From the NCBI GenBank assembly GCA_030704615.1, contig CM060731.1, forward strand, positions 29,884,001 to 29,948,000: a stretch of 64,000 bases of DNA, written 5' to 3'. This DNA is from Takakia lepidozioides. Lineage: Eukaryota; Plantae; Bryophyta. The position numbers were made by a program, and so were the translations under genes. Each line of letters opens with the position of its first letter. Within the stretch, counting starts at the first letter, position 1. Under the pieces are notes generated by a model that had not been told where the DNA came from, ran no database searches, and saw nothing but the letters and a program-made list of their open reading frames with translations. Shown here one piece after another: positions 12,420 through 26,706 of this stretch.

Positions 12420-15400
12420 ATGCATGACACTCTGTCAATGGAGCGGTGGGATGGGCTGGCACTCAGTCAGCAGCTGAGCCAGGTCTGTATTGAGGAGCCT
12501 CCAGTGTCAGAGACAAATGAACCAGCAGCAGATGACAGGGTGAATCTGTCTGACCAGGAAAACCTGCATGACTACATTTGCAGCCAGGATTTCTTCTGGT
12601 AACTCTCTCCCTGCTTGTCTTGTCGGTAAGATTTTTTTGGGGGAGGGGGGGGCCACAACATGTTCGCTAAAAAAATTACCACTAGCTAGCAATTGTTTGA
12701 TTGCCCTATACAGTACTAGCTACTCAAGACGTCTTTAAAGTGATTGGAGGGATTAGTGCTCACATTCCTAAATTCTCGAGTTTAGCATTAGCAATAGATC
12801 TAAGAGTTGACATCAGTTGACTTAAGTCTGAGAGATTGTTGTCTTGGCCTTGTGGGTGCAGCACACCAGACTTCATCACACCAATTGAGCAACAATTCTC
12901 TGTTGATTTTGATAACAAGGTGATAAACCTTGGGCAGACCGCCTTGGTAGTATTGAATGACATCCTAGGGGAACTCCATGTGGACAGAGTCCCATCAGTC
13001 TGAGTAGTTTAAACTTCATATGATGGAGAAGTGTGGGGACCAAATGCCTTTCCTAGATCCAACGAAACTAATTGCAAGCTGAAATAGTCGCAACTATGGT
13101 GCAGGAGACTGTGGGAAGTATAAGGTTACCTGGGGTGTTGACGCCCCTGCGGAGCAAAAGACCAAGACCAGGTATGCTTATCTGAAAGACTGGGGATCCG
13201 GTGCTTGTTGAAGACTGGGTGCAACCTTTGAGTTTCATTCTAAAAGTGAATGCTTTTAGAATGCAACGTCTATGGCAAACAACGTCTTATGAGTACAGTG
13301 TCTCATAAGTTTAGGGTTTGAGTTCACTTCACCCTTTCGCTTGTACTCAACGTCACTACAATAACATGTCTCCTGTATGATTCCCTTCTGAAACATCCTT
13401 CATATCATTGTTCAGCAAAACAGACAAGTTGTTAATGAGACCCTTGATATGGGCTGCTTAAGTGATAAATGACATCAGGGCTTCTGTGCCCCATTTTGAG
13501 GCAAGTTAGCATAATAGCTGGGTTGTTGTATTGCGGAGACCATTTTGCCATCTATTATACCAGAAGCTACATTTATATTACTTGGAGATGTGAGTGTGTC
13601 GAGAGTTGGTGCTACACCTGTGTACAATTTAGTTGGAGTGTGGTCTTCCTAGTATTACAAAAGTTTCTTTGAGGCTCTTCTGCATGTTTCTCCCTCCTCT
13701 TCTTCTCCTCTCACCTCTCCCGCTTAACATCTGGCCTCATGTTTGCAGACACCGAGCCCACACGAGTTGCATCAGCCTGGCTGGAGGACAACCAGCCACA
13801 CCAGCAGCTGAAGGTCCCCCAACTTTCAGAGCTACCCGATGAAGCAAGTTCAGGTTTTCCACTTACTGGGAAAAAATCACAGAAGCAGGGAAGCTCAGTC
13901 TACGACCCACCCAATTCGCGTGCATTGCTGACATCGCTACGGCGGCGTGTGCAATCTCCAGTGTGCATACGAAATCCGTTTCTGGGAGGAGAGCTGGAGA
14001 AGCCAGATAACTCAAGAAAATCAAGGTCACAAGGTATTCCCTACATAAGCACAACGTATAGCATTTTCAACGTAACTCTTGCTGGAACACCTACTGCATG
14101 CGATGTTGGGGGTTGGTATTCCCTGTCCTAGCACCACTGAAGCTTCTCGAATTGAGATTTGCCAAAGAGTGTGTCTGTCTAACTTTTCATCATCATGACA
14201 AATTTGGAAGTACAATCTGCTATCCATGCAGCAATTGAAGTTAACTGTGCTTCACCTGTGGTTTGCAGGTCTCCCGGTGCCAATTTTTGGGCAAAACAGC
14301 ATGTCTCGGTATCGTGATGAGTTTCATGAGATTCAGGTCCCATACTTGTGAGCTCCTTCGTGATTGTTTGCTTTTCTCGCTTCTGCCCTCCCCACTAGAA
14401 GGTCCATGGAAGAGGCTGCTGTATTTTAAGGGATTTCGTATCCCCATGTGGACCCAAAGTGCTCAGTGGCTTACCTGTATTCACTCCACCGTCCGTTTGG
14501 GTTTGGTTTGTTGTTTAACAGATGTCATACATCTCTGTCTATCCGTCTATCCTTTGTTCTCTCCCTCATCTGGATGTTATGTTTGAAAGCATGATGCCAG
14601 CCCTTGGTTAACACTCACTTCCATTTAACCAGATCGTCGTCATTAGTTGGAAGTACTTTGTCGATTTTAGGTTACCCCGGTGGGTTGGAACCCGCCATGT
14701 CTCCAGGAGGGTTAGCATACCTGGGGCCCTATGCTCTCACAAGGGTAGTTGACAGCCGACGTTCATAGGAAACATCAATGAGGACATTTGCTTCCTACCT
14801 AGCCACTAATAAATGAAGGGATATGAGACATTGCAGAAAGCAAACCTCCAGGTTTGACTAGTGGGAAAATGCAGGAGATTGGGCGTGGCAATTTCAGCCG
14901 CGTGTTCAAAGTCCTGAACCGAATTGATGGCTGCCTTTATGCAGTTAAACGCTCGCAACACCAACTGCGTCAAGACAGCGAGAGGTACTGTCTGATTTGC
15001 AAAGCCACTTTCCAGACTGCTTCAATTTCAGTTACAATTGGGGCATTCCTGTTCTCTGATTATAGTTTATATTAGATATAAATTATACATTATATTATTA
15101 TTATTTTCCTCCCCTGGTCCTCTTTTCTCAAGTGCACTATTGCCTAAGAGGCTATGGGTAAGCAGCACAAAGGTGAAATGGGCGTAATTATTGAAGTTCT
15201 ATGGTTCTGGTAAATGCAGGAAGCAAGCTCTCATCGAGGTGCAGGCATTGGCATCTATAGGTGAGTCCAATCTGCAATGTCATCTCACATTTTAACAAAC
15301 ATTGACAAGTTGCAGAGTTGTCCTCTCTCCACACTGTCTTTATTTTAAAGTTTTTCTGGGCTATTATGGCTTATACTTCTGGCTCAGTCGAGCTGCTTGT

Positions 15401-17359
15401 TTGATCACATCAACAAGCTTGTGTTTTATGTCTAACCAATATTTCTTCTTCGAATAATGATGTAGGTGGTTGGAAGCAGTGTAATCTGTATATTGCCCTG
15501 TCTCAAAGTACCAAATTTTCCATCAATGTTGTGATATTGTCTCATGTTGAGCAGCCTGCTTATTGTTCTGTATTTAGGGCCATGTGGGTTAAACATCATA
15601 ACCCAGTGCCTTCCAACTACGCATGGTCAACAGCTACTCAAATTGCCCACAGCTTGTAATGGTAGGTCTTCCTGCCACAGCAGGTTGTGCAGCCTTACAG
15701 TTGTCCTCTCCCAGAGCAAAAGGTTTGACATGCAATATGAATACTCTGCACCTTATTGGTCGCAGTAAAATGGAATGGTTGAATGATCAGGTCTCTCAAG
15801 ACAGCCTGGTAACCCTAAGCATGAACAACAATCTCAGCAGACCAGGATCTGCGCAAAGTTCTTTTCTTTGCAGGTTCCCAAGTATTCACAACTTCAATAT
15901 TCCTGAGAGGTGCACTTATGGAGACAGTTTCATTAGTTGGTTGTAGTTGGTTGGAGCAGATCTACATTCTACCATTGGGATGTGCCTGGCTGTGCGGTGG
16001 TAGTTCATGATTGGATTGACCTTTACAGACTTCTGTCTGGGCACATGGTGGCTGGTGGTGCAGGGGCACATGAAAATGTGGTGAGGTATCACACAGCCTG
16101 GTTTGAGAGTGACTACCTTTACATCCAAATGGAGCTCTGTGATGGCAATCTCACTCAGCTGCGTGCTTCTAACCCAGTTACAGCCCTTGAACGCACATTG
16201 CTGGAGATTATGCGACAGGTACAGCTTCTTCACAGCTGCCTGACAGTGTTTGGAAGCATAAGAGCTCTGCTTAACTGGGCCCACAATAGCTGATCTTTCC
16301 ATTCTGCTGAGTGAAAGTGCACAGACCACCAATCTGCTGAGATTGAAACACAGGTTAGAGAGGGCCAAGCCTTGTGGATCAGTCATTTTTGGACACCATC
16401 TGCGAACTAGCCGGATTCAGAACATCTGCTCAAGCTAATTGTCAGCTGGATCACATGCACACAAATCCACTCGAAAGTTAATCCTCAATTGTAGATAGAA
16501 TCAGACTGATTATTAACTGTCATTACAGGCTACACCGATAACTACCCGACAGTCTTTGGGAGCTTTTCTCTGTAAGATTAGCACTTTGAAGGATTGGTTG
16601 TTTCAATTTAAAGATGTCAATTGGTTTGGATGACAAAGAGTGAGCCCTTCACTTGAGGTGTTTAACTTGGATTTAAATATTGCCAGATCTTGCAGGCTCT
16701 TACTCTCATCCATTCAAAGGGCCTAGTGCACCTGGACCTTAAGCCAGACAACATGTATGTTCTGAATGGTGTATACAAGTTGGGTGACTTTGGCCGTGCC
16801 ACGCACGTTGATGGGAGTTTGGGCATTGAGGAGGGTGATGGGCGCTATATGCCCTTGGAGATTTTGAATGACGACCACAGCCAGCTTCAAAAGGTGGACA
16901 TGTTTGCACTGGGGGCTTCCATGTATGAACTGGCGAGGGGCTCGCCTCTGCCATCTTCGGGGCCCAACTTCCAAGCATTGCGACAGGGAAAATTGACACT
17001 CCTCCCTGGTTTCTCTTTGTCGTTTCAGAGTCTTCTCAGGGTGAGTTGAAGTCGTTGACTCATTCAACTCATGGTTGCATGATAGTGGTCTTTATGGCCT
17101 TTGGTGAAAGAAATATGAGTGTTGTGAATGTTCATTATGAGTAGCTTGCTTTGAAGGAAGCTGCAAACTACTTGGTTTGGACTTGTTTCATGCACGGTAC
17201 AGCGTAGGGATATTTTCATCAGATGCTGACAACTTGTGTGTGTTGCTGCTGCAGGGGCTGATGCACCCCATGTCCAAAATGAGGCCCACAGCCAATGAAT
17301 TGCTCAGGCATTCCATCTTTCACCGTGATTCCCTTGCTTCTGATGCGGCCAAACTGTAA
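12420..17359 (+). CDS. WEE1: WEE1 cell-cycle kinase (multi-exon)
   Basis: SQDFFC|TPDFITP; MSRYRDEFHEIQ|EIGRGNFSRVFKVLNRIDGCLYAVKRS; HENVVRYHTAWFE; HLDLKPDN; KLGDFG; EEGDGRYMPLE. Start codon assigned tentatively. Confidence 0.93.
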
Positions 17360-19030
17360 GATATATTGAATTAAGTTTCTCAGTTGAATTGGATTGTATA
17401 CAATATGATAAGATTGACAGGCACCATGTGGTATTAATTCTGCACAGTGAGTTGGCCTGCTTAGTGATTCATGTACATTGTTTGCCTTGCGGGTTGAACA
17501 TTGGAGTATGGCCCCTTCTATCTCAGGTGTGGTTCAGTGCTGTGTGTACAATGTGGGTTTCTTTGAAGTTCAAGTGTGTGCAGGCCCCTTAGTGATTTTG
17601 AAGCTCTACTATGGATTTCTGAGCTGACTTCTGCCCTTTCTGAATAGCTTGGGACCAATTGAAGAGAAATTTAAGAACCAACTATGAATAGTGCAAAACT
17701 ATACATTCAGCACAAGAGCCCCAAATTCTGAGGGAATGTTTTAGTCCGTGTCGTATTCCCCTTCCCCCTGGACTCTTTGGGTTCCAGCGCCCACTAAAAC
17801 TTTCACAGACTGCTGTCTGGAAGTCTGAATCACTGGTCAACATGATGAACACTAAGATCTGGTCTACAACCCAACACAGTTCAGATTACGTTACGAATGC
17901 CCAATCTCCAGAGGGCATGAGATTCATCGTTGTGGAGAGCAAGAGGTGGTGCCAACACTAGTATCGTTCAGACTGCAAGGGGAATGCTTACGAGAAACAT
18001 ATCCTCCAGAAATGGCTATCAAATGTCCGAATGTTACACTGGCCCCATGTTAAGAAAAAGTAAGGAGCCCTTGGAGAACTCTTTCAGGATCATATCCCTG
18101 CAGGACCAGTGGTTGCGGTGAGAAACAATCTCGAGCACTGCGGACCCACTGCTTCACAATCTTGCAAATCAGCCAAACAGATTGATAGACGGAATCCAAT
18201 CTGCCGCGAAATTTGCTCCAGCGAACTTCGACAATAAAGTAGGTCATTGAAGAGAACACAGCTTACATTGTGACTCCGAGAACGAAATGTTCTGCTGATT
18301 GCTTAGAGAGTTCTTCATCTGGAGAGAGGGTTCGTTGTTTGTTGTACTAAGGAGAATCTTTGCAACTCAAGATTGAGGATGGGGGGACAAACAAGCCTCA
18401 AACGGCAATTGGCTCTCTAGCTTTGCTTTGGCAGAACATAAGAGGAAGGTAAGACTAGGGAGCATGACTCAGCACAACACACCAATCAGCGCCTTGACAC
18501 GGTGTAACGTACTTTGACCACATTTTCTCCATTGACTTGCATGTCTCCGCAGTCTCTCTCTACAAGAGTATGGACGTTGGAGATGCCTGAAATGGAACTT
18601 TATTTTTTTATTTGTGTATATATATATATATATATTAATAACTTACTTTATAACATACGGAGAAAGGGGAGTCAAGAAAATGAGAACAAGTAAATTGCAC
18701 CATCCAATCGAGAAAATCTGGGCCGTTGAGGTAGGAAAGAAATCCATCTGTGTTTAACGCCGGGTAAGCAGGGCGCGAACGCACTGCACGAGGCTGCATA
18801 CACATACTCACATACTTGCACGTATATAAGCGGGGGTGAGCACCCTCTCTCTTACTCTCTTCCTTCTGCCCGTCTTCCGTGTGCTCTCGATAGTTGAGCG
18901 TTTGGCTGGCTGATTCTCGGAGGTTCACTTGAGGACGAGTCTTTCTTTTCCTTTCTTTTTCTCCCAAGCTCAGGATCGTGCAAGAACACAATCGGTGATG
19001 AGGTGTTGTCACCACAACCACGTCGGCAAT

Positions 19031-20143
19031 ATGGAGGAGGAGATTTGGAGCAGGCTCCCTTTGGAGTTAATGGAGGTGGTGTTAGGCTGTGTGCCATATC
19101 GAAGTCTTGTCCGCTTCAAGTCAGTTTGTAAGTTGTGGAATGCCCTCCCATCTACTGCTAGTTTCCAGCAACTTTGTCAGCAGCTCCCTCTTCACGAAGA
19201 GTCCTACGTCTTATCGTTCGACAGACAGCTAGGTTGCATGTTGTATGCCCTCACAACTGGACGGTGGCACAAGATCGGCCTCAAATTCCCCGAGGGTAAT
19301 TCACTATACACACCTCGTGCTGCACATGGGGGCCTATTTTGCATAACGGAGGAGGGCGTTGATGAGGGCAATGACTACTTATCATGGATTGTATACAATC
19401 CTCTCTTGAACAGGTCGAGACAATTGCCTGCCCCGCCTCACAATCCAACGCATTTGGACGTGCAAAGTGTAAATCTGATTGTGAATAGACGCACCAACAG
19501 CTACAAGGTCATTCTGATTTCAAACGACTACACCAAACATTGGAGAACACACATATACGACTCAATTTGCGAGTATTGGACCGAGACTGGAACTATGCCC
19601 AAAGGAGGTGATTGGTCCTTTACAACACAAAGTGTGATATGTGGCCCTACTCTCTTTGCTTTAATTCACATACGGGAGCTGGGTGACCACATTTTGATGG
19701 CTTGTGACGTTGGCAGCGGTGCGTGGACTACAGTTTCTACACGGATGCCTAATTGTCGTGGAGGTGGTTACGATGTAGCTGGTCCATTCCTTGTAGAGAG
19801 TGGAGGGAACTTATTGCTAGTTGGTCATGAAGGCTTCTCTACCTCGCCCATCTCACCCATCACCAATGTGTGGGAGTTGATAGGTTCTACAACGACTCCA
19901 GAGTGGCTGAAGATTGCAAATACTAGTTTGGACGCCTTCTGTTTGAAAGTGGTGAGCCAGGACAATCTCTTATTCTTTTGGAGCAGGGAAAGTTTTTCTG
20001 CAAAACCCGAAGTAGTTGGGATATATGACATGAAGCAAGACACATGGACATCCCCTCAGCATTTCTTTCCGCCTCAGTTACCAGTTACTAGGCTAGATAT
20101 CTGTATGGTCAGCGGGGGTCTTAGTGTAGGTGCAAAAGTCTAG
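19031..20143 (+). CDS. Intronless F-box protein with C-terminal kelch-like/beta-propeller domain
   Basis: N-terminal IWSRLPLELMEVVLGCVP...RFKSVCKLWN F-box; intact ORF of ~370 aa. Confidence 0.88.
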   Translation: MEEEIWSRLPLELMEVVLGCVPYRSLVRFKSVCKLWNALPSTASFQQLCQQLPLHEESYVLSFDRQLGCMLYALTTGRWHKIGLKFPEGNSLYTPRAAHGGLFCITEEGVDEGNDYLSWIVYNPLLNRSRQLPAPPHNPTHLDVQSVNLIVNRRTNSYKVILISNDYTKHWRTHIYDSICEYWTETGTMPKGGDWSFTTQSVICGPTLFALIHIRELGDHILMACDVGSGAWTTVSTRMPNCRGGGYDVAGPFLVESGGNLLLVGHEGFSTSPISPITNVWELIGSTTTPEWLKIANTSLDAFCLKVVSQDNLLFFWSRESFSAKPEVVGIYDMKQDTWTSPQHFFPPQLPVTRLDICMVSGGLSVGAKV

Positions 20144-21378
20144 ACAAGTTTTTCTTTTATTGTCTCGTAGAACACGTTCCAGTCCATCATGACAGTCATT
20201 CTAAATTCCATCAGTTTGTAATAACTTTCCTTGAGACTTGTAAGACTTCTTCTTCCCCTTCCCTGCTTGGTGGGCTCCCATGGGCCTTGTGCTTGGCGCC
20301 TCATGGTGTGGTTACTTTAATTGAAAGTGATTCGTTTTTCCCGCACAGTCTCACCTCTTGTGGCTTTTAGTCGATGATCCATGCACAGCCGTGTGATTTT
20401 TGTGAGAACTGTGTGTATTCAGCTGCCAAGGCATGCCAAAGTGACACTGCAGATCCTGAAAGTTTAGAGTTTATGATGAACAAGTTGAAGCATGAAAAAT
20501 CAAAAGTAGTATGAGCCAGAAAACCCAAAACAAGTTGGCATACACGTAAGCGAACTGCAGTATGACATTCCTTCTGCTCAACCGTAGTGTTCAAAAATCC
20601 CATTCTCTCCTCCCGAGGAGAGGGGGAGAGAAAGAGAGAGCGCTAAACGGATGAGAGAAATCATCCATACGGAAGATCATTAGTCCGCATTACGAACGTG
20701 GATGGAAGCCGACTCGTCGATGAAAGCACGGGGTCGATCATTCATCCGTCAAGTGATGTCGGATTGCATGAGAGACATGCAAGTGATGTCTCCGCAAAGT
20801 CTCTGTCTACGAGAGAGCCAATTAGTAAGAATCCTATGGAGGTTGTGGGTCCGACCAGGCTCTTGTTAGAATCGCTTTGTATATTGATGCCAAAGGTCTT
20901 GGTAGTTGAGGTCGGACTACATGTTTGTCTGTGATTATGACAAACAATCGTGCTCCATTCTTCAAGACGCTTGCCATAGGATAGCTTCATCAGGATCTGA
21001 ACGGTAGGTTGCCGTTATTGGTGGTGCTCTTGCCGTGCGACAAAGGTGTTCGGTCCAAAAAATATTCCAAATCTAATGAGGGTTTTGGGGCTTGGTGCAC
21101 TTCGTTGCCATGGAAAGCTGCCCAGGAGTTCCACCTGTGCTAGGATGTGAGACACAGCAGTGCCAGAAGATGGACTCCGGGGTGGTGTTATCGTGTGAAT
21201 GGACCATAGCCTGTCTGCCTGCCTGCGACAGTCAATTCGAGCTCAGCTTTGCTTCACTCTTAAGAGATTAAGAAGGCAAAATATCAAGGCATTGGTTTTG
21301 AGGGGTTCAATTCCTTTGTGTACATTGGCGAGGAGTGTAAAGCTTTCATTTTTGCTAAAGGTTACTTCCATTGTCAGT

Positions 21379-24300
21379 ATGTCAGTATCTGAATTGACCG
21401 TCGAGCATTCTGTTACAAGGGAGGAAGGTTCTGAGATTGAGGCAGCTGTGATTCATGCCAAGGATCGAAGCTCAAATCAAAGAGAGCAATGGATCAAGTA
21501 AGTGCCGCTCCCTTACAACTGCACTTTCTGTTGTGTCTCTCCTCCAAGCTTTCTGAAGACGTACTCATGGGCCAGCCTGTGATGGTGGGTTTTGACAAAT
21601 TCTTGAGGGCACAGTTTTGGCTTAATCCCCAATATACTTACGAGTGTCACGTAAGGACTACCTTTTGTACCATATGTCCTCAATGCCACTTCGACTTTCA
21701 TGAACTTCCAAATTTAATGGCATGTGTTTGGCTTCTTTTCAGGTTTGCTTGTTGGTATTTTGTCCAAAAGGTTCCTGACTGTGGATGCACTGCCAATCAC
21801 AGTGTCCAGAAAAATAGGGTATTGAGGGATTACAATGTAATTCAAAGCAAGGGAGAACTGAAGAACTGAAGAAATGAACTTCATAATGCCCACCAGAAGC
21901 CCCAAGAGAGGAGACGCATACCCAGCACGTTAGTCTTGGACAGTTCACATTCATGCTCCCACAAGCATGAGGTCAAGACGTGTTTTGTATTTCGCCCTTT
22001 ATGAAGTTCCCAGTAGATTGAGCTTGTAACTTCAGTACAAGAAACAACTATTTTCTATACCACAACATGAGAATGAAGCAGATGTTGAAAACTTCCACTT
22101 TACACAGGACTTTGCTGGATGCTCTTTCCTTCAACATCAAGGTAATTTCAGTCCATCCATTGCAGGGAACAGGATCTATTGAAGAGAAGTTTGGTGCTAC
22201 ACGATGACTTCTCTTGGAGACTCGTCCCAACTCCTCTAGACAACCAGGGGTTGTCTGCTACCAGTTCCAGTGGAATTGTGGACCTGCACAGGCTGCGATA
22301 CATAGGAGGCGTGGATCTGAGTTTTTCAAAGCAGGATACTTTGCTTGCATGTGGAGCTCTTGTGGTCATGGAGCTGGACACCATGCAAGTTGTCTACGAA
22401 GACTTCGCCATTGTGCATCTTACCATGCCATATATCACTGGCTTTCTAGCCTTCCGGGAGGTTCTCTCTCTCTGCTGCCTGAGATTCCCGATCTTTGACT
22501 GAGGGCCTTCCTCTTTGAGGATCAGCAGTGGCAGCGTACCTGCATGAGTCATTTCATCTTTGGGCCACAATTTAATGTGGTTTTCTTGCTGTTCTACCTT
22601 GTCCATAGGGCCCCTGTGGATGCTTTCTTTCTTTCTTTGTCCCATAAGCTCTTGAGCTTCCCACGGACGTGATAAAGTTCGATTTCTTTCTCCCTCTCCT
22701 GCCCTGTGTATTATGAGATTACAGGCAGAGACTACCATCTTTCGAGAGGCTGCTGATCCTTGTCCAAGGCAGTCAGTTAAGGAGATCAACTGTTCATGAG
22801 GCAGTCCATCTCCGGGCAGTCCCATAGGCCTAGGAATTTTGTAGCCGTTTCTTTGTATAGTAACCACTGTTGTCCCCATAAGCTCTTTGTGCTTCCTGTG
22901 CAAATTTACTTTTCTTCTTCATCATCTCTCTCTTCCTTATATTCTTGGTGAGGAAAGGGGAAACAGCCCAGATCAAACTTTATGATGAAACAGGTTCATT
23001 ATAATTCTTTTCTCTTGTAGTTCTACTTTGTCCTGTACCCTCTTGGTTCACCATGGTCTTTCTTTTCTATTTTCTTTTTCTTCTCTCTCTCACAGTTGCA
23101 GGCCAGGTCCTTTTGGGGCCTAGTTATTGGGCAACCACACACAGCAGATTGATGCTTGTGTGGAGGGATTTCTAGAGGATATCTGGAAAACCCGGATCAA
23201 TTGTTTGTTCCAAGGTATGTCATCCTACCGGCGTCAGCCCCTGACAAAGGTAGGTTCTGTCGCTTCGTGTTCCACTCAAACTGGGCGCGGGGTCAATGGC
23301 CACAAGGCTAAACAACCTCTTATGAGTACATTCTCTCTCACAGTTGAAGGAAAGCTCAATCTGCCAAATGGCCATTGTTGGCAGCAACCATGACAATTCA
23401 TTTTTCTGTCACCCAGAAGCAGTTATATCCATGGAGGTCACAGGTAGCAAGATTAAAAGATTTGTCATGTCGAAGCATTCCACTTCTATACATCCTCTCC
23501 ACCGCTTTGCCTTTACGGGTGTTGTGGAGAAGTGGGTATAGATGTTCATTCTGAGATATGAACTACTACCAGGTGAACAGATACATATGTTATGAACGTG
23601 CCAGCATGAACTGATCAACTCCAACTTGCCTGTATGGTCTTTTGGAAGCAGACTCCAGTCCTATTAGGGCTTGTGAAGAAGATGGCCCTTCTTGAACCGA
23701 CCTTATATCCTCAGGTGTTTCTTCATCTATGTTTACACTCTTAGAATCATTCTGCAGAAAGGGTGCTTGGACCACTGTACAATGGGAGTTGGTTGCCAAA
23801 TCTTAAGTGTATTTATGGGTCTCTTTCTCTCCCTCTCTCTCAAGGTTATCCTCAGTGCTGCACCGGTGCATGAAATTTCTCATCCTTAAGTTAAAGCACC
23901 TTGATTGCAACATTTTGGGTTGGGGGCTGGATTGCAGTTGCTGATGGTGGATGGAAACGGGATTCTTCACCCTAGAGGTATATTTCCCAAAAGTTATTGT
24001 AACTCTCTTCCCAAAGGGATGAAGCAGTTCATGTTCTCCAGCAGCAGCTGTTGGGTATTCCTATCAAGCAAAGTCTTATTACAATGGTTTTGCTTACAGA
24101 GCTTAGGGACCTGCTGTCAGATTTGTGGAAAACAAAAATATTGTGGATCAAGGGTTTCATGAAAGACCATACACCATGCATTGTTAGTTATTGAACCAGC
24201 AGCGATATGGTTGGGCCCACCTTGGCTAGATGTTTGTTTCCGTGTGCCTTCGGTTGCATGTGGCTGTCATTTTGTAGATGTTGATCTGACCAATTTTTTT

Positions 24301-25940
24301 GAAATTGTGGATTCTTGGACACCACTCTCACTAACCAGGGTTTCTGCTCTCAACGGTGTAGCCTGTTCAGCTGGGCACCACCGTGGATTCCAAGAAAGTC
24401 TTGGTTCGGTTTCTCTGGTTGTAGCTACAGAGCCAATGAAGTTTCTTCACAAAGTGCTTGAAGACTGTTTCCCTAATTCTCGTTGAGCAGTGATCTTTCT
24501 GCAGGTTTTGGGCTGGCCAGCCACCTGGGAGTGCTAGCAAATATGCCTACCATTGGGATTGGAAAAAATGTTAGCAACACAATCACTCCTATCAATTTGT
24601 TTCATTACAGGATTTCAATATGCCCTGCCAAGTATTCTTTTTCACCATCCAAGCAGTGAGATTTGTTCTTCAGCAATTTTCCATCTACGGTAATTTGAGG
24701 GTGTTCCTTGTTGCTCGACTTGTGCTGCACATCCCATAATCAGGAGTTTGGTAGTGCCATACGACGTCTGACTGTGAGGTTGTAGTCCCTCTTTGTGAAG
24801 ATGAGAACACAGAGACCAGGGAATCCAAACTGTGGGGGAGGGAACGGCACAGTGGGAGTGTTTTAAAGGAGTATTTGGTATGATGTGCAGCTGCTGCATA
24901 TTGATGGGTTGACAAGTTTGGAAGTGAGACATGTTGCTTCAGAGAGCAGCCTGCAAGCTGGTGATTCAGTGCCACTAATTGGAAGCACTGGTCAAGTCTG
25001 GGGTGTTGTAAGTGTTTCTGCTCCACTTTCAGTGTTCTTAGGCAGGAAGGAGGTGAGAACCTAACTACTGAAGAAAACGGAAGCAGATGGAGACAAATGG
25101 ACACAGGATCAGAGTATGTCATGTGAATTGCAGTCAGGTCAGTTAAGTGGAGCATTGAAGTAGGGTACTTCTTGGATGACATCCAGCTCAACTGAAGCCA
25201 ACCATATCTCAGTCTTTTCTCATTTTGTTATAGACATAGGTCTGTTCTTCACCACAGCTGAGCTGAGGATGGACCGCTACTGCCAGGCACTGAGGAGCCA
25301 TGAAGGGTGTCAGAAGCCTGTCTTTGTCTCGGTTGGACATCGCATCTCATTGGACACTGCGGTTGCGGTTGTTCGTCGCTGCTGCGTGCATCGCATTCCT
25401 GAACCTGTTCGACAGGTGTCTCTCTCTCTCTCTCTCTTTCTCCCTCTATTAATTTTGTTGAGGTTTTCTTATTCCACTTTGTCCCATGCACCCATGGACA
25501 TTACAGAGATTTTCTCTCTTGTGGCTCTGAAGCTAGTGTATAGGTCAATCTTGCAAAAGAGACATTTCGGTAGTGAGAGCTACATGATAGCTGAATGGTG
25601 TGGAGATCATAGCCACAAGGCCACGGTATTGGTGAAATAGCAAAGTTATATATCTATGAGCATAGTCTCTCCAACTACATATGCATGCCTCCTCTAATTG
25701 GTGCAGATTATTGCATTGACTTTGTCAACAAAAGTCTGAAACCATAATATCATCTAATTGCAGAATGCTGGAATGGTTCAATTTGCCATCCCACACCTAC
25801 CTCTTCGCTAAATACTGTTGAATATATAACTTCTCTGCCATACATGGTCAAAGTGACAACTTATGCTAATCTCTGTATTGAGACTGGAGCAGGCAGATCT
25901 AAGGTCCAGAAAGCATCTTCGTATAAGGGTTCCACAATGA
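21379..25940 (+). CDS. ENDOV: Endonuclease V (inosine-specific endonuclease)
   Basis: Exons give GGVDLSF, PYITGFLAFRE, TPVLLGLV (23652-23714), LMVDGNGILHPRG, FGLASHLGV, PVFVSVGHRISL, RIPEPVRQ|ADLRSR. Confidence 0.92.
23095..23330 (+). repeat. Dispersed repeat in an ENDOV intron, paralog of 39580-39790
   Basis: Shared cacacacagcagattgatgct...gcccctgacaaaggtag...caaactgggcg blocks in the same orientation. Confidence 0.7.
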
Positions 25941-26450
25941 CTGGAGCATGCATGGAAGGTGGAGATCATCGTCCTCTAGCGATTCAGAAATCTTTGAACT
26001 GCAAGCTGTCCTTACACAACATTCTGATTGCTATGGGGTTGGTCATGACACAGACAGGCATTTCCATTTGTATCAAGCTAGTTATATGGGACAGTTTCAT
26101 GAAAAGTTCTATGAGCCCATCAGATCGCCAGCCAGGTTCCACATTGAGGCCAAATTGGAGTTGAAAACCTCAGGATTGTGGCAGGCTTTGTACCCTGCAG
26201 GAATTCCTGTGAGGTTGTGGGTGAAACTTAAATGAGAGAAAGGCAGAAGACTATGGCTGAAGCCAGTGGAAGTAAGAGCCATTTCTCATAGCAAGCTAGG
26301 GTACTGGTGCTAGCTCTATGAAACTTTCATTGCACTAGAAGCATTCTTGTCATTTACTACTGGGGAAACGACTCATTTTCAGTCATAAAAGTAAAAAAAT
26401 ATCCAGTGGTATAGCTTGCAGCTCTCATGATGGGGATAACATTTGTTCAG

Positions 26451-26706
26451 GACATGGGAACTGAAGGCCCCATCGACAAATATGGGAGTGAAGACACCTT
26501 GTTTGTTCATTGCTGGTGATAGAGACCAAGTTCGGGAGTTACCGGGGCTCAAGGACTACATCCATGGTGGGGACTTCAAGAACCTGGTGCCCAATCTGAA
26601 GGATATTATTGTGCTCAAAGGTAGTCATTTTATTCATGAGGAGCAGAGCGCCAAATTCAACGAGTTAGTGATCAAATTTTTTAAAGATTGCCAACCAGAG
26701 CTGTGA
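26451..26706 (+). pseudogene. Orphan terminal exon of a soluble epoxide hydrolase (alpha/beta hydrolase)
   Basis: TWELKAP...TPCLFIAGDRD...VPNLKDIIVLKGSHFIHEEQ behind a TTGTTCAG acceptor. No upstream EH exons found in the window. Confidence 0.7.

Noticed and set aside
17700-18600. Gene between WEE1 and the F-box gene
   Set aside because: Only short ORFs with no recognisable motifs or consistent exon structure.
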